63,926 nt of DNA, filler included, from Octopus bimaculoides (GCF_001194135.2; 10 parts of 7 records of this genome joined end to end with filler, not necessarily neighbours in it); one strand, 5' to 3'; positions 25,668 through 39,689 are shown, numbered from the whole stretch's first letter. Notes: a model not told the origin generated them from the letters alone. Numbers and translations are program-made.

Positions 25668-25767
25668 NNNNNNNNNNNNNNNNNNNNNNNNNNNNNNNNN
25701 NNNNNNNNNNNTTAATTAATTAANNNNNNNNNNNNNNNNNNNNNNNNNNNNNNNNNNNNNNNNNNNN
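25668..25767. other. Artificial assembly join
   Basis: 44N-TTAATTAATTAA-44N. Confidence 0.97.
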
Positions 25768-27351
25768 ATATATATTGAATTATATTTGAATTATAAATCA
25801 CCCTCTCGCTTCCGACTGGTAGTTATAGAAATGTTTGCCTGCGACTTGTCCTTCCGTCACCAGGCCTTTCAGAGTAAACGATTTTGTAACACGAACTATC
25901 GACCTTTGACTAAGCTGTAGACCTTCATTTCACTGCAGTAGCGGTAAAACTTATGTAGTTATGTTAAAAGCAAGGAATGGTTTCCGGAAACTCTCCTGCT
26001 CCTTTTTATACTTATAATCTCTTCAATGAACATTCCTAACGTAATCTTAACTATAATAGCCACGTTTGTAAAGAAGCTTTTTCCGATATTCACATGTTGT
26101 ATATACAATAGATTTTGTTCGAACTCTATTTTCGACCAACATCCATCAATTATATACGTTACAACTATTTTACCTATTCTTGACAACTATTATTACAGAC
26201 ACACACGTTACTTAGCTATACTCAAAGGAAATATTGTTACCTCCACATTTGTTCGTTTCAATTTTTATTCAAAGTACATGCCTATTTTCTGAAACATTTC
26301 CATTTTATATAATGGTCTTTTATATCAATCTTGAGGCATATGTAACAAACTATTCGCATGTTAAATGTTTGTATTTTTATTTTTTCTTAATTCTAAAGAG
26401 ACCATAGCAATGGCATTGGTATCATAACGATAACACCAAGCGTTGGCATCCATTAGTGAAAGCTTTAGACATGATATAACGTAAGATGTTCGCAGACGTG
26501 ATTTTTTTTATATATAAACCCAACATTCGAAATTCTAATTTCAATCGAACACGCTATCATCGAACAAGTATACTTTCATTTTCCACGTGAATTTTAACTG
26601 CTGCTAAAGTGAAACTACCCATTTTATAAAACACTGATCGATGTCATGTTTCCTGTAATTTTATTCTTTGATTCTATAGCAGCAAACATATTCATCGATT
26701 CATGAATCAGTTGATATATCTAAGAACACTAATTCAACCTCCGCTATAAGTGGTTGGTATTATATTTAATAAATCGTTGGTAGCATCAGCAACACATCCC
26801 TCGAAGATAATCTATTTTTGTCGATCTCCGCTCAACGAAAATCAGAAGTATTCCTGTTTGAACATTTATAATATCAATACATCCATCATTGGCGCAGATA
26901 TCAAAAAGATTGATAGCTTTCGTCTAGATTACAAAGTTATTCCTGCTGATACACGTCTCCAGCTGCAGATGTCAACGCAACGTCATTGATCTTACGTTGA
27001 AGATAAGACGTATTTCTTTCCTAAAATTGGTTCTCATCGCATATCTAATACCTTCTAAATAAAATACGATCAGATTTCAACATCTTATCATAATTGCAAG
27101 TTTAATAAATCTTAAGATAGTGCAAAGGAATCAAAATTTGCTCACTTCACTTACTTAAATAACTGAAGCTTTCGGGAATGGTGTCTTTTATTAAAAAAAA
27201 AGTTTTCTTCTCCTGTTATTAATATTTGCATAGTTCGTTGGGTGTCTTGGTGCTCTCGTGGATAGAGACGTAAGCAGACAACTACATTGACCATCCTGGG
27301 TAGGGTTCAATCTCACCTAGGGTCTGCATTAAGGGGTCTTGCTAAAATATT

Positions 27352-27480
27352 AAGGCATCGAGCTGGCAGAAACGTTAGCACGCCGTGCGAAATGTTTAGC
27401 AGTATTCCGTCTGTAGTTGTGTACTGGGGTCGATCCCTTGCCCCAAAATTTCGGGCCTTGTGCCTAGAATAAAAAAGAAT
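27352..27480 (+). mobile_element. SINE family B, internally deleted
   Basis: GAGCTGGCAGAAACGTTAGCACGCCG head joined to a GGCCTTGTGCC-type tail. Confidence 0.75.
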
Positions 27481-27824
27481 ACTTGCATTGCTTATTTTGC
27501 GTTCGTTCAACGATACCTTCGAAAGTAACAGACAATATCTGAACGTCAACATGTAACAGGCACTTATTTGTCATTATCGGAAGATTCAAAGTCCAAAACG
27601 CTAAGGCGCACAGTTTCAACGAAGAATATAAAAGAAACGATGTAACCATATATTAGAACGTACAATTTTATTGCAAAATTCTAATTCTACTTTCAGTGCA
27701 TCGACATCGTTAAGATGGGCAATTTTTTTTTATTTTTTATGAAGCATGTTAATTATTACTCTTGTTGAATACTTTTCCTTTGTGGGTGCATCCGTGTGAT
27801 AATGTCATTAATTGCAGCTGTCTT

Positions 27825-27980
27825 TATGTTCTGTGTTGAATTCCGCCGAGGTCGACTGTGTCTTTCATCCTTTCGGGCTCGATAAATTAAGTACGAGTTG
27901 CGTACTGTGTTCGATGTAATCGACTGGCCTCTCCCCTAAACTTTCGGGCCTTGTTACTAGAGTAGAAACGAATGTTATTA
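27825..27980 (+). mobile_element. SINE family B, 5'-truncated
   Basis: CCGCCGAGGTCGACTGTGTCTTTCATCC core. Confidence 0.75.
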
Positions 27981-28574
27981 ATTGTGTCAGTACGTTTCTA
28001 AGTTGAGTGGTCTTCAAATCTACCGCGCACATTTTTCGCCTATTTTTGTGACATTTCCTATAGGTTTATAGTTTAGTGAAATGTATTATGATTTTCTCAT
28101 GGATAATTGTCTCTGGCTAACATTAATACATTGTATGCTTATTTTCCGAATTGTTTGAAAGAATGTTTATCTTTTCACTTGCAAAATTGTAATGAAATAA
28201 ATCTTGTTGAGTCTAGGGGCGATCGAAATGCCAAAACAATAAACTTTACCACCCAGAGTATCAAAGTTTCGGCCTCTTAGCCGCCGTTGGCCGTTAATGG
28301 CATAATAAATATATTCTCTACAAGCAGTGTTGAATTATTCTTTCGCTTAACGCTAAATAGAGTTTGTTATAAATCAACATAAAAAGAAAAATGAGCATGT
28401 CACAGTAACCCTACGTCGTTTTCTTGAAATATTACAAAACTCAATGATGTAGAACAAAATCAGGTATATATACTAATACTATGTGTTTGTGTGCGCGTGT
28501 GTGAACGTACGTGTACGCGCATGAGTATGGGTAAAATATATGTATATATGCATATATATATATTTATAGATATA

Positions 28575-28641
<67 letters not shown>

Positions 28642-31262
28642 GTGTGTGCGAGTGTGTATGTGCATACGCGTAGTGAGACAGGGAGAGGAAAATAACTAAA
28701 TAAAGGATATAAAAACAAAAGTAAAAAAAAGAAACGAGTAAAGAAGAAAGTAATAAAAGCTAAAAGAGAAAAAGAAAATAGTGACAGGGATAAGAAAAAA
28801 ATTGAGAAACAAAATAATTCATCCGCTACATAAGAACTGATTTACAATGCTTATTGCATATAAAATGTAATACTACTTATATATAGATGTAAATATATGA
28901 CAATAAAAACGGTGTGTAATATAGATTAAAATATGATTCAAAAATATATAATATAAATTAAAGAAAAAAATTATATATAAATGTATATGTTACACACATA
29001 TACATACATACATATATATATACATATCAAAAAATAAGCAACACGGATTTCAAAGGTGATTGCAGTACGCACGTTTCATGCTACTTCAATTTATTTAAGT
29101 CATGCGAGCATTACCTTAAATGCAATATGAAGAGCAATCTTCAGCTGCACGAAAATGCAGAAAAAAATTACTGTAGAAAAGACATATTATAAATGTGGCA
29201 ACATTTCAAATCCAAGTGGGAGAGAGAATACATAAAAATCCAAATGTGAGGAAGAATACATAAGTCCATCTTGACATAACCGAGTCTATCAGGCTAGTAA
29301 TTGATTCTAGACAAAAGATTTAACTGTCTCAGATTTTATTGTTTCTTATCTAGTGGTGATAGCAAAGGGACAATTACTCCTAAAGAGAGGGAAGGTGTAA
29401 TCAGTNNNNNNNNNNNNNNNNNNNNNNNNNNNNNNNNNNNNNNNNNNNNNNNNNNNNNNNNNNNNNNNNNNNNNNNNNNNNNNNNNNNNNNNNNNNNNNN
29501 NNNNNNNNNNNNNNNNNNNNNNNNNNNNNNNNNNNNNNNNNNNNNNNNNNNNNNNNNNNNNNNNNNNNNNNNNNNNNNNNNNNNNNNNNNNNNNNNNNNN
29601 NNNNNNNNNNNNNNNNNNNNNNNNNNNNNNNNNNNNNNNNNNNNNNNNNNNNNNNNNNNNNNNNNNNNNNNNNNNNNNNNNNNNNNNNNNNNNNNNNNNN
29701 NNNNNNNNNNNNNNNNNNNNNNNNNNNNNNNNNNNNNNNNNNNNNNNNNNNNNNNNNNNNNNNNNNNNNNNNNNNNNNNNNNNNNNNNNNNNNNNNNNNN
29801 NNNNNNNNNNNNNNNNNNNNNNNNNNNNNNNNNNNNNNNNNNNNNNNNNNNNNNNNNNNNNNNNNNNNNNNNNNNNNNNNNNNNNNNNNNNNNNNNNNNN
29901 NNNNNNNNNNNNNNNNNNNNNNNNNNNNNNNNNNNNNNNNNNNNNNNNNNNNNNNNNNNNNNNNNNNNNNNNNNNNNNNNNNNNNNNNNNNNNNNNNNNN
30001 NNNNNNNNNNNNNNNNNNNNNNNNNNNNNNNNNNNNNNNNNNNNNNNNNNNNNNNNNNNNNNNNNNNNNNNNNNNNNNNNNNNNNNNNNNNNNNNNNNNN
30101 NNNNNNNNNNNNNNNNNNNNNNNNNNNNNNNNNNNTATATATATAGGGAGAATTCGCAAAAATAAAAAACAACATACGAAGAAAGGTGATGTAGAAAACA
30201 AATAGATGTATTAGTATAATTTAAAATTATATAGAATAAAATATTAACAAGAAAAAATATAGCTATAAGGTAATTTACTTGGAATAAACATAAGTAAAAT
30301 AAAAATATATATATATATATATTTATTTATATAAATACATAAATATTTATATATATTCATAAATGAATATAGTTAAGAGAAGGAGAAAAGGAGGAAAGCA
30401 GTTGAGGAAAACAGCAGGTGAGATATAGGTGAATACAAGATTGATATTTAGATTAATGCTAGTCAATTAATGTTATTCACGTTTATGTAAGCTTAATGGA
30501 TGGTGACGTATCCACTTCTTTTAAAAGTTCATCGGGAAATATTTCCAAATTACAAATGATTAAATAGTCTTGATGTTTCGCTGAAGAACGTTAATCGATC
30601 AGATTATATAGAATGTAGGATTAAATGTATTCAAAACGTAATGGTCCACTGACATTATATATTTAGCAATGCACCCCTTAAGATATTCTGAATCTTATAA
30701 ATAGATTTGGGTTTCAGGTTATCTGAATGATATTCTTTAAATATCACATGCAACAGTGTAGAGTCTACCTTGTTTGTTAAAATATTGCAAGGTCGTTTGT
30801 TTCGCCAAGTATTTCACTTCCCCTTTCACGGTTAATAGCACCTGGGTAAGCGTTTGTAAATATATAGAAACTAATTTAATCACGTATCTGTTGGGACTCG
30901 TTTGGCCTCTTAGATTTTATTAAAGTAGTTGGGATTTTTTTCTGCTTATTTATAAAATCTTATTAAATGAAATGTAAGCAGAGAACTCTTATTTCAACCC
31001 AAAGTGAAGCACATGATTAGTACAGAAACATATGCATCAATAATTTAAGCGCATTTCTTGGAACAACTTTACATGGATGCTTAATAATGCATTCAAATAT
31101 GAAGTTGTGCCTACATTCTTTCTATTTTCTTTTCCGCAAATGTATTTCACTTAACAGATAGAAGGATGTAATTACTTAAAACAATGTGTAATTCGCTGCA
31201 TGTAGTCACTTAAAATAGACTATTATTTAAAATGTTACTTTTCGAACACCAAGAAATCGCAG

Positions 31263-31295
<33 letters not shown>

Positions 31296-32167
31296 AATAT
31301 TACATGACAAATTATATGAATTTGCATGAGCATAAGACATGTCATGCAAAGCTTACTGGCGAAGGGTTTATAACTTTATAACTAATGCTAGTTTCCGATA
31401 AGTTAAGTAGAACGATATACAATCAATTTTAGTAAAATATAATCATTACTGACTTGAGTAGTTGAATTTCAAAGGCAGATACAGCGAATCAAACTGATTG
31501 TACATAATATTATATATTACATTCTTACGTATATATTTCTCTGCTTTTCTCCTTACAGATGCACTTTTTGAAAATATTTTGAAGTAGAACGATTGTATTC
31601 AAATAGATTGTGCAGTTTTCTCTCATGTTCTAGGGTTGCTTTAATGATATACCATCACACTTACCAGTGAAACATGCGTACATCCATTCAGAGACACACT
31701 TAGATACACACTTCCAAATATGTTTGTCTTTCACAAAAAAACAAACAGCGCAATAATCGTGAATGAATATTCAAAGCAACTGGTATAGGTGTTAAAAATG
31801 TTGAAAATAATAGAGGAGATATTCATATCTTCAATTTTGTGTAATAAATCACTGGTCAGGCGATGAATGAAAACAGAAGAAACAGAATACTTATATAATA
31901 TATTCACAAAATATTCTAAATATATAGTTAATGTCACGTGAATATAATTCATGTCTGATAGGTAATGTGTTGGAAGTGGAAAGTGTATACATATGAAGAT
32001 TAGAATGTTTCCTTAACGAAAGATTCAAAGATTGTACATATAGAGATGTCTGGCACATTCAATACCCACCTACATCTACTCAAATATACATACATACACA
32101 CACATATATGTGTCTGTGTATGTGTGCATGTGTACATATACATATACATACATGCATAGGTGTATAC

Positions 32168-32202
<35 letters not shown>

Positions 32203-32302
32203 NNNNNNNNNNNNNNNNNNNNNNNNNNNNNNNNNNNNNNNNNNNNTTAATTAATTAANNNNNNNNNNNNNNNNNNNNNNNNNNNNNNNNNNNNNNNNNN
32301 NN
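32203..32302. other. Artificial assembly join
   Basis: 44N-TTAATTAATTAA-44N. Confidence 0.97.
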
Positions 32303-32554
32303 AAAGTATTTGACATGAGTGTTTTTGTTTCACTTTTGACACGTAATACTTAAATAGTGGAGGAGATATTATGTTGCCGTGTGCTCGAACTCTGCAAGAA
32401 GTTAATAATTGTTTTTGACTAAAACACAACTGGAACCCTAAGTAAGGCATGTGTAAAATTTGAATGAAATTGGTTGCGTAGTTCTCGAGTTTTATGGATA
32501 CACACACACACACACAGACAGACAGACACACATTCTCATTTTTATATATATAGA
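32303..32554 (-). mobile_element. 5' end of a non-autonomous Helitron-type element
   Basis: Minus strand reads A|TCTATATATATAAAAATGAGAATGTGTGTCTGTCTGTC..CAACCAATTTCATTCAAATTTTACAC; 3' end lost at the join. Confidence 0.6.
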
Positions 32555-32749
32555 TTACATACAAAGAACGCACTCACCCAATATTCGTTATGAATAAACA
32601 AAAGTCATGTCCGCCATATATATCAATGACATTTTACTACGACAATATAACACTATCAGCAGATTTCAGCGATATTAATTCGCTTCTCTATGGACAGCTT
32701 TGTTGATGTGGGGCCGTTCGATACAACAACAGACTCCTTTCTCTCCTCT

Positions 32750-33330
32750 TGCCTACTCATCAGTCACCTTGGTTTTAGTTACTAGTATTGTACTGTCAGT
32801 CAGCTTGACACATCGAGTTCCATTGACATGGTTCTTTTGACCAGGCTAAAGAGGTCTGCTCATAGAAAGTGAGCTTCCTGAATCAGTAACCGACTATCAG
32901 ATCTCTCCCAGGTGATTTTCTTTTCCCATTCGGTAATTTGGAAGAACTATAGGAAGAATATCACTACTGATGTTATATTTCGGGGGAGAAGCGATATTAC
33001 AGTACTCACTCTGTAATTCAGTTAACCATATTGCATTGTAGGAGTATTGGGTTGTTTGTTACCATTCTAGAACTCACCCCAAAATTACTCTAAACCATTC
33101 ATAGGAGTAGCCTTTCCGACCTTGACCTTTCACAGCCACAAAAAATATATCGACCTTTTATGGCCAGTATGACCTTTCATACTGTGATATATGCTAATAA
33201 CCTTGCGATTGATGACCTTACTGTCTACTTTTTCGCTTACCCCTTAAACACGAACAGCAAGACGTTCATAGTTCGTGTTCGAGGATAATTAGCTTACCGT
33301 TATTGTCCCTTGTTGACAATTCCCGTAGAC
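32750..33330 (-). mobile_element. Decayed R4-like RT N-terminal fragment (second family)
   Basis: WLTELQSEYC..KYNISSDIL, then SKLPNGKRKSPGRDLIVGY*FRKLTFY after a frameshift. Confidence 0.6.
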
Positions 33331-34780
33331 CAAATCTATTATGATGTCGAAGCTGGTGGTTGGTGAATTTATTATTCATTGCACATTTGATGCTCATATC
33401 TTCTTATTTGGTGTTTTTTCTGAGTCTGCTCACATATTTCGAGGGAAAGGTCATCCATTTTGCTTGTTTTCTCGTTACTATCCACCTCAGATCTTTTGTT
33501 TAACTGCACCTGTGAAAATTTTAAAGTTTAGTGAAAATTTTAAAATTTGGTTTATTGATGTAAATTTCCACACTGAATCTCAGGAGATAATTCACTTTTT
33601 CCAGATTTTTATTTTTTTTTTAAAGTTACAAAGGTTTAAAATTTGATCATTCAAGTCAGAAAACAGGATTTGGAAGCTGTTATTTTGTGCGTGACAGTAT
33701 GTGCTGTCAACAGTAAATAAATGAAATATTGGCAGAATTCTGCTTTATGCACGCCATAACTTTATTTTTCGATATTTTTAGAAAACTTTTGCGAATGTGT
33801 ATTCTACACGCAGGAATTCATACGATTATGCAAAAGCAAAAAAAAAAAAAATTCGTGCATGATTTAAAGCCTATTTAGCTGTGATTTTTAGCACATCTCA
33901 TGATCACATCATACCGCATGTTTTAAGCATTTAATAAGCGACAAAAAGAACATATGGTAAGCAGCTTTGTAACAGTTTGACTTGTTACTGTGGAAACAGG
34001 TACCTATATGTTGTGGCTTTCGATTCGCTAAAATTACCCAAATTTTGCAAACTTTAAAAGCTATTAACTTTCTATTTATTGATTTACGGCGAAAATGATT
34101 TTATGTCAATGATTACAATACAAAACTACACCAATACGCCAAATATGAAATGAATTGGAACAAANNNNNNNNNNNNNNNNNNNNNNNNNNNNNNNNNNNN
34201 NNNNNNNNNNNNNNNNNNNNNNNNNNNNNNNNNNNNNNNNNNNNNNNNNNNNNNNNNNNNNNNNNNNNNNNNNNNNNNNNNNNNNNNNNNNNNNNNNNNN
34301 NNNNNNNNNNNNNNNNNNNNNNNNNNNNNNNNNNNNNNNNNNNNNNNNNNNNNNNNNNNNNNNNNNNNNNNNNNNNNNNNNNNNNNNNNNNNNNNNNNNN
34401 NNNNNNNNNNNNNNNNNNNNNNNNNNNNNNNNNNNNNNNNNNNNNNNNNNNNNNNNNNNNNNNNNNNNNNNNNNNNNNNNNNNNNNNNNNNNNNNNNNNN
34501 NNNNNNNNNNNNNNNNNNNNNNNNNNNNNNNNNNNNNNNNNNNNNNNNNNNNNNNNNNNNNNNNNNNNNNNNNNNNNNNNNNNNNNNNNNNNNNNNNNNN
34601 NNNNNNNNNNNNNNNNNNNNNNNNNNNNNNNNNNNNNNNNNNNNNNNNNNNNNNNNNNNNNNNNNNNNNNNNNNNNNNNNNNNNNNNNNNNNNNNNNNNN
34701 NNNNNNNNNNNNNNNNNNNNNNNNNNNNNNNNNNNNNNNNNNNNNNNNNNNNNNNNNNNNNNNNNNNNNNNNNNNNNNNN

Positions 34781-37030
34781 NTGTTAGAAATTGTCTCTAA
34801 GCGAAATTGATCTTTAGCAAGGATATGCAGATCGATGTCTGTGGGTGACGACAGCGAATTCAGTAGTAAGCGCGATAAGGCGTCTGCTGCAGTGTTATCT
34901 ACACCAGAGATATGGCAGATGTTGGCGGTAAATTGGGAAACGAAATCCAAGTGCCTGGTTTCCCGCAGAGAGTACTTGTCAGGCTTCGAGCGCAGAGCAA
35001 AGGTGAGTAGACGGTGGCCTGTAAAAATCGTGAATTGGCGTCCCTCGAGTGTGTGCCGGAAATGTTTGACTGCTAAATACATAGCTAACAGCTCTCGTCC
35101 GAAAGTGCTGAAGCGAGTTTCAGCTGCTTTAAGCTGCCGAGAGAAAAAGGCAAGAGGCTGGAGTTGTTGCTGGTGAAATTGTTGTAACACCACGCCTATG
35201 GTAGTGTTAGGTGCATCCACTACAAGGGATATCTGAGCGTCTGCGACAGGGTGTGCGAGAAGCCATGCCCAAGCGAGTTGCTGCTTTGCTGTGTTGAAGG
35301 AGTCGAGTTGGGTGGTGTCTAACGCGATCGGCTCATTCCTCTTTTTCCTATTCCAAAGGAGCATGTTTAGCGGATATAGGATTTCAGATGAATGAGGAAC
35401 AAAGCACCGGCGGTAGTTGAATAGTCCCAAGAAATGTCGGAGCTGACGTAACGAGGTGAGTGGAGGTAACTCCTGCAATGCCTTCACCTTGTCAGGCAGT
35501 GACGATATGCCTTCAGGGCCGATGACATGACCTAGAAAGGTAAAAAAAAGATGTGCCGAAAACACATTTGGTATGGTTGATCCACACTTGGTAACTCTTG
35601 AATTGCTTGAACAGCTGACGTAAATGATGAAGATATTCCTCGGGTGAGGTGCTAGCTATCAAGATGTCGTCGAAGTACGCATAGGCGAAGTCTAAGTCTC
35701 GGACGACTTCGTCTGTGAACCGCTGAAATATGCTGGCTGAATTCCGTAATCCAAATGACATAGTCAGAAATTCGAAGGAGCCAAAAGGAGTGGTTACGGC
35801 AGTCTTCAGAACATCCTCTGAATTCACAATAATCTGATGGTATGCCTTTAACAAGTCCAGTTTGGTAAAAAAAAAAAAAAAAAAAAAGTCTGCAGTTGTA
35901 GAGAGATGACGCTAAATCCTGAATATGGGGTATTGGGTACCTGTCTGACACCGTGATGAAGTTTAATCTCCTGTAGTCACCAGTGGGCCGCCAGTCGCGG
36001 AACGTTTCTGAACCATATGCAATGGCAACGCCCAGGGCTTATTAGAAGGGCGGGTGATGCCAATCTAGAGCATGTGGTTAAATTTCNNNNNNNNNNNNNN
36101 NNNNNNNNNNNNNNNNNNNNNNNNNNNNNNNNNNNNNNNNTGGCCGCCTTTAGCTTCTCTGAGGAGAAGCGATGAGGGCGAGAAAAGACCGGAGCACCTT
36201 TAGTTTCGATGAAATGGGTGATGGTGTGAGTTGGAGCAGCAGTAAAAAAATCCAGGTTAGTCAGCTCTGGATATGAGTTTAAGAGTGCATAGTATGGGTC
36301 GTCCGTGGCAGCGATGAAAATGACTGGACTAACCGCGGAGGCTAGTGGCCTTTTATCTGGGATAGAATGTTCTGTGGTCGCGTCCCATAAGCGCCGAATG
36401 CGCATGTCCAGTAGCAGGTGGAAGTGGGGGAAAATGTCTGCACCTAATATTGGGTAAGGGAGATCTGCGACTGTAAAAATCCACTTGAAGTCACGTTGCA
36501 GATCTAAATCCAATGAGCGAGTTATCTGGCCGAAAGTTGGAATCGGTGGATGGTTCATCGCCTGTACAGTCACTGGTAATAACGGAGGTTTATCCGCGAG
36601 GAATTTTAACGGCCAGATACTGCAGACAGCACCTGTATCTACGAGGCAGCAGGCGTGAGATATCCGGTCTGTGAGGAAAAATCCACGGTTGGCCGCTGGC
36701 TGCTGCAGAGAATGTGCCGTACTCACTTCACTGGTTGGTCGTTTTCCTGTTGAGAAAAAGTACAGGGTTGGGTACACTTACGTGCTGAAGCTCCAAACTT
36801 GACATCAGCATATAGATGAATGAGCAGAAGGCGAGCGACGGCAAGGCGAGAAGAAGCGATCGAAAGAACGCCGTCTGGGTGAATACGACCCGGAAGTGCG
36901 AAGGAGCTGCACTTCTTTCGCTAATTCAGCTATCGCCTTTAGGATCTAAGCTGAGGCAAGGTCCATATCAGGGGAAACTGACGCTAGTGGTGGGTATGCA
37001 GAGGTATGTGGTGGTACTGGGATAGGCTTG
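34781..37030 (-). mobile_element. Decayed Ty3/Gypsy LTR retrotransposon (gag end, protease, RT, RNase H); integrase missing or in the N gap
   Basis: KFGASARKCTQPC (gag), LVDTGAVCSIWP (protease), [38 protein letters not shown] (RT), LVVDA..GRELLAMYLAVKHFRHTLEGRQF (RNase H). Confidence 0.92.
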
Positions 37031-37683
37031 GTGGGGTTGCTGGTATACTCTATAATTCTGTCATAGAGAAGAAGAAAACAGGAAGAGAGGAATAAAGAAA
37101 GGAAAAAGAGAAACAAGGAGAGAGATAATAAGGGAAAGTGTACCAGTTAGTGGCCAGTCTAGATAATTTGAAAGTAGGAATGGGGAGATAAGGGTGATAG
37201 AGAAAGAAAGGTATTAGAGTGTAAAAAGATAGAAGGAATGGGGGTGATAGAGAGAAAGGGGTATAATAATGTAAAAGGTAAAGGAGTGTCAGTTATGTAG
37301 TGCTAGAGTCTAAGTGATGGGGCAGAAAGAGGGGTAATAGTATGCAATGAAGAATTTAGGAATATAGATTAGGTGGTTGGACAGGTAGTGCTTAGTAGTA
37401 GAAGAAAATATATATGTGAAGATGTATACATATGTATATGTGAGACATGTATATATATATATTTATACAGATGTTTATACATATCAATATCTACATATAC
37501 AACTCGTACTCATATGTATATGTATACATGCACATCCATATATACATGTATCTGTATGTATTATCGACCCTGTACACGCAGGTATATATACCTTGAATAC
37601 ATACATTCACACATACACACATACATACATACATATATACATACATGCATATACATACACATATACATATATATATATATATA

Positions 37684-37783
37684 NNNNNNNNNNNNNNNNN
37701 NNNNNNNNNNNNNNNNNNNNNNNNNNNTTAATTAATTAANNNNNNNNNNNNNNNNNNNNNNNNNNNNNNNNNNNNNNNNNNNN
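37684..37783. other. Artificial assembly join
   Basis: 44N-TTAATTAATTAA-44N. Confidence 0.97.
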
Positions 37784-38032
37784 CTGAATTCCTATCTGCT
37801 GTTTTCCTAAACGCCACCAAATTATGTAAGCGATATTTTACTCACAACCACAAAACCGTGCTTCTATCTCTGGGGATGTGCACATCTATTATATATTAGA
37901 ATTTATAAGTGGAGTTTATTTATTTTCTGACGGCTTACGTTTCATCTGTCACTTCAGTTGCACGAACTCAGTACACAGATCAGTACACAAACTCACGCAC
38001 GAGTACAGACACGCACAAGCACAGACACGCAC

Positions 38033-38091
<59 letters not shown>

Positions 38092-38533
38092 TTTTGGTAT
38101 GGGAGTTCATAAGAATCAAGGCACACCAACTCGCAGATGTCAGAAATGGCTAGCGATAACATAAAGCGCAACGGGAAGTAAACAACTTTGAAGACATCAA
38201 GTGTTGATAGGATACCGTAGATACGCAAGGAGCAAATCCAACAGCTATAAGCTAATGAATTTCATTGCATAATTTCTTATTACTTTCTCATCTATTTAAT
38301 TCCATATTACGCTCTTTATTATAAAGCATATGTATATTGTGATCGAACACCAGATTATTAGCATCGCTCTGCCTAAGTGAAATATATGTATAACAAAACT
38401 TGGGTGAAAATGCACAATAACATTAAGAGATCGAGGAGTAATTTACCTATCTACCTGATTCACTCAATGTATCTGCCTTTCGCTCTCCCTAGGGCTGTCT
38501 TTTGTTTAAAAGTCCTACCTTTTATCATATTTA

Positions 38534-38645
38534 GAGAGGGTCATTATGTCAATAATTATAAATGCACTTGTTCAGTTTTACACTTTAGAGGAGTGAAACT
38601 GAACCAGAGCATGTTTATTGTTGTTATTGGCATAATGACCCTCTG
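38534..38645. mobile_element. About 110-bp Tc1/mariner-type MITE
   Basis: AGAGGGTCATTATGTCAATAA / TTATTGGCATAATGACCCTCT inverted termini (20 of 21) with TA on both flanks. Confidence 0.65.
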
Positions 38646-39184
38646 TAGATACAAGTCCTGTTTAACGAGTTCACATCATGAATCCTGCAAACAAAATATA
38701 AAAACTAAGTAAAAATCCTAACTTGGAAAATGTATTGTTGTGTCGTTCAAATTGTTCAAACTGATGTTTGTTTTTCACAGATAAAATATTATTTAATCGT
38801 GAGCAACGTGTAAACTTTGCCGTGACATCACATCGAAAATTACTCTCCACCCTGTCTTTCCTGCATATTTATATTCACTTTCACTTTTTTGATGGGGTGT
38901 TTCTCTCCGGAAATGTCATCTTCAGTTGAATGCAAGCAGAAACATAAAAATAAAATTTGTCGAAAAATGACGGGCTTTAGGTCTCCTCGCGACAAAAAGT
39001 AGACATCCAACGCATTCCAGAATGCTTTCTTTAGAAATTTATCTCGAATGAAATGTTTTTCTTTAGTTGTACTTGGTCAAAATTCCAAAACTCTTTGAGC
39101 AAGCTGAAGGCACTTCCATTCACGGCAACATTCAATAACAACATTTTATAATGGTAATGACTGCAATAACAATATTAATAATTG

Positions 39185-39372
39185 CTCCAAATTTAGGCAC
39201 ATTTCTAGGGGAAGGGTCGAGCCGACCCCAGTACTTGGCCAGCACTTTATTTTATCCATTTCGAAAGAAGAAAAGCAAAGCTATTCGGTGAGATTTTGAA
39301 CTCAGAATGTAGAGTGTCAGAACAAATGTAGCAAGGTACTTTCTTCGATGCTAAAACTATTCGGCCAGCTCG
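39185..39372 (-). mobile_element. SINE family B, diverged
   Basis: Reverse-complement head (GGCCAGCTCG) and B-box (TTGAACTCAGAA). Confidence 0.6.
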
Positions 39373-39377
39373 TGACG

Positions 39378-39469
<92 letters not shown>

Positions 39470-39544
39470 AAGAAGAAGAAGAAGAAGAAGAAGAAGAAGA
39501 AGAAGAAGAAGAAGAAGAAGAAGAAGAAGAAGAAGAAGAAGAAT

Positions 39545-39582
<38 letters not shown>
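39378..39582. repeat. Compound (AAT)n-(AGA)n-(AAT)n trinucleotide array
   Basis: Directly visible. Confidence 0.95.
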
Positions 39583-39584
<2 letters not shown>

Positions 39585-39689
39585 GATGTTGAAGTAAAAA
39601 TAATGATTTAAAAAAAAGAAAATAACAGAAACGTTGCTGTCCAAGTTATTGGGAAAACTCTAGCAACACTTTAGTGTAGTGACAACAAC

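Noticed and set aside
39348-39611. ORF with poly-Ile/poly-Arg (also poly-Tyr ORFs at 5775-6494 and poly-His/Met ORFs at 43865-44335)
   Set aside because: Translation of trinucleotide microsatellites
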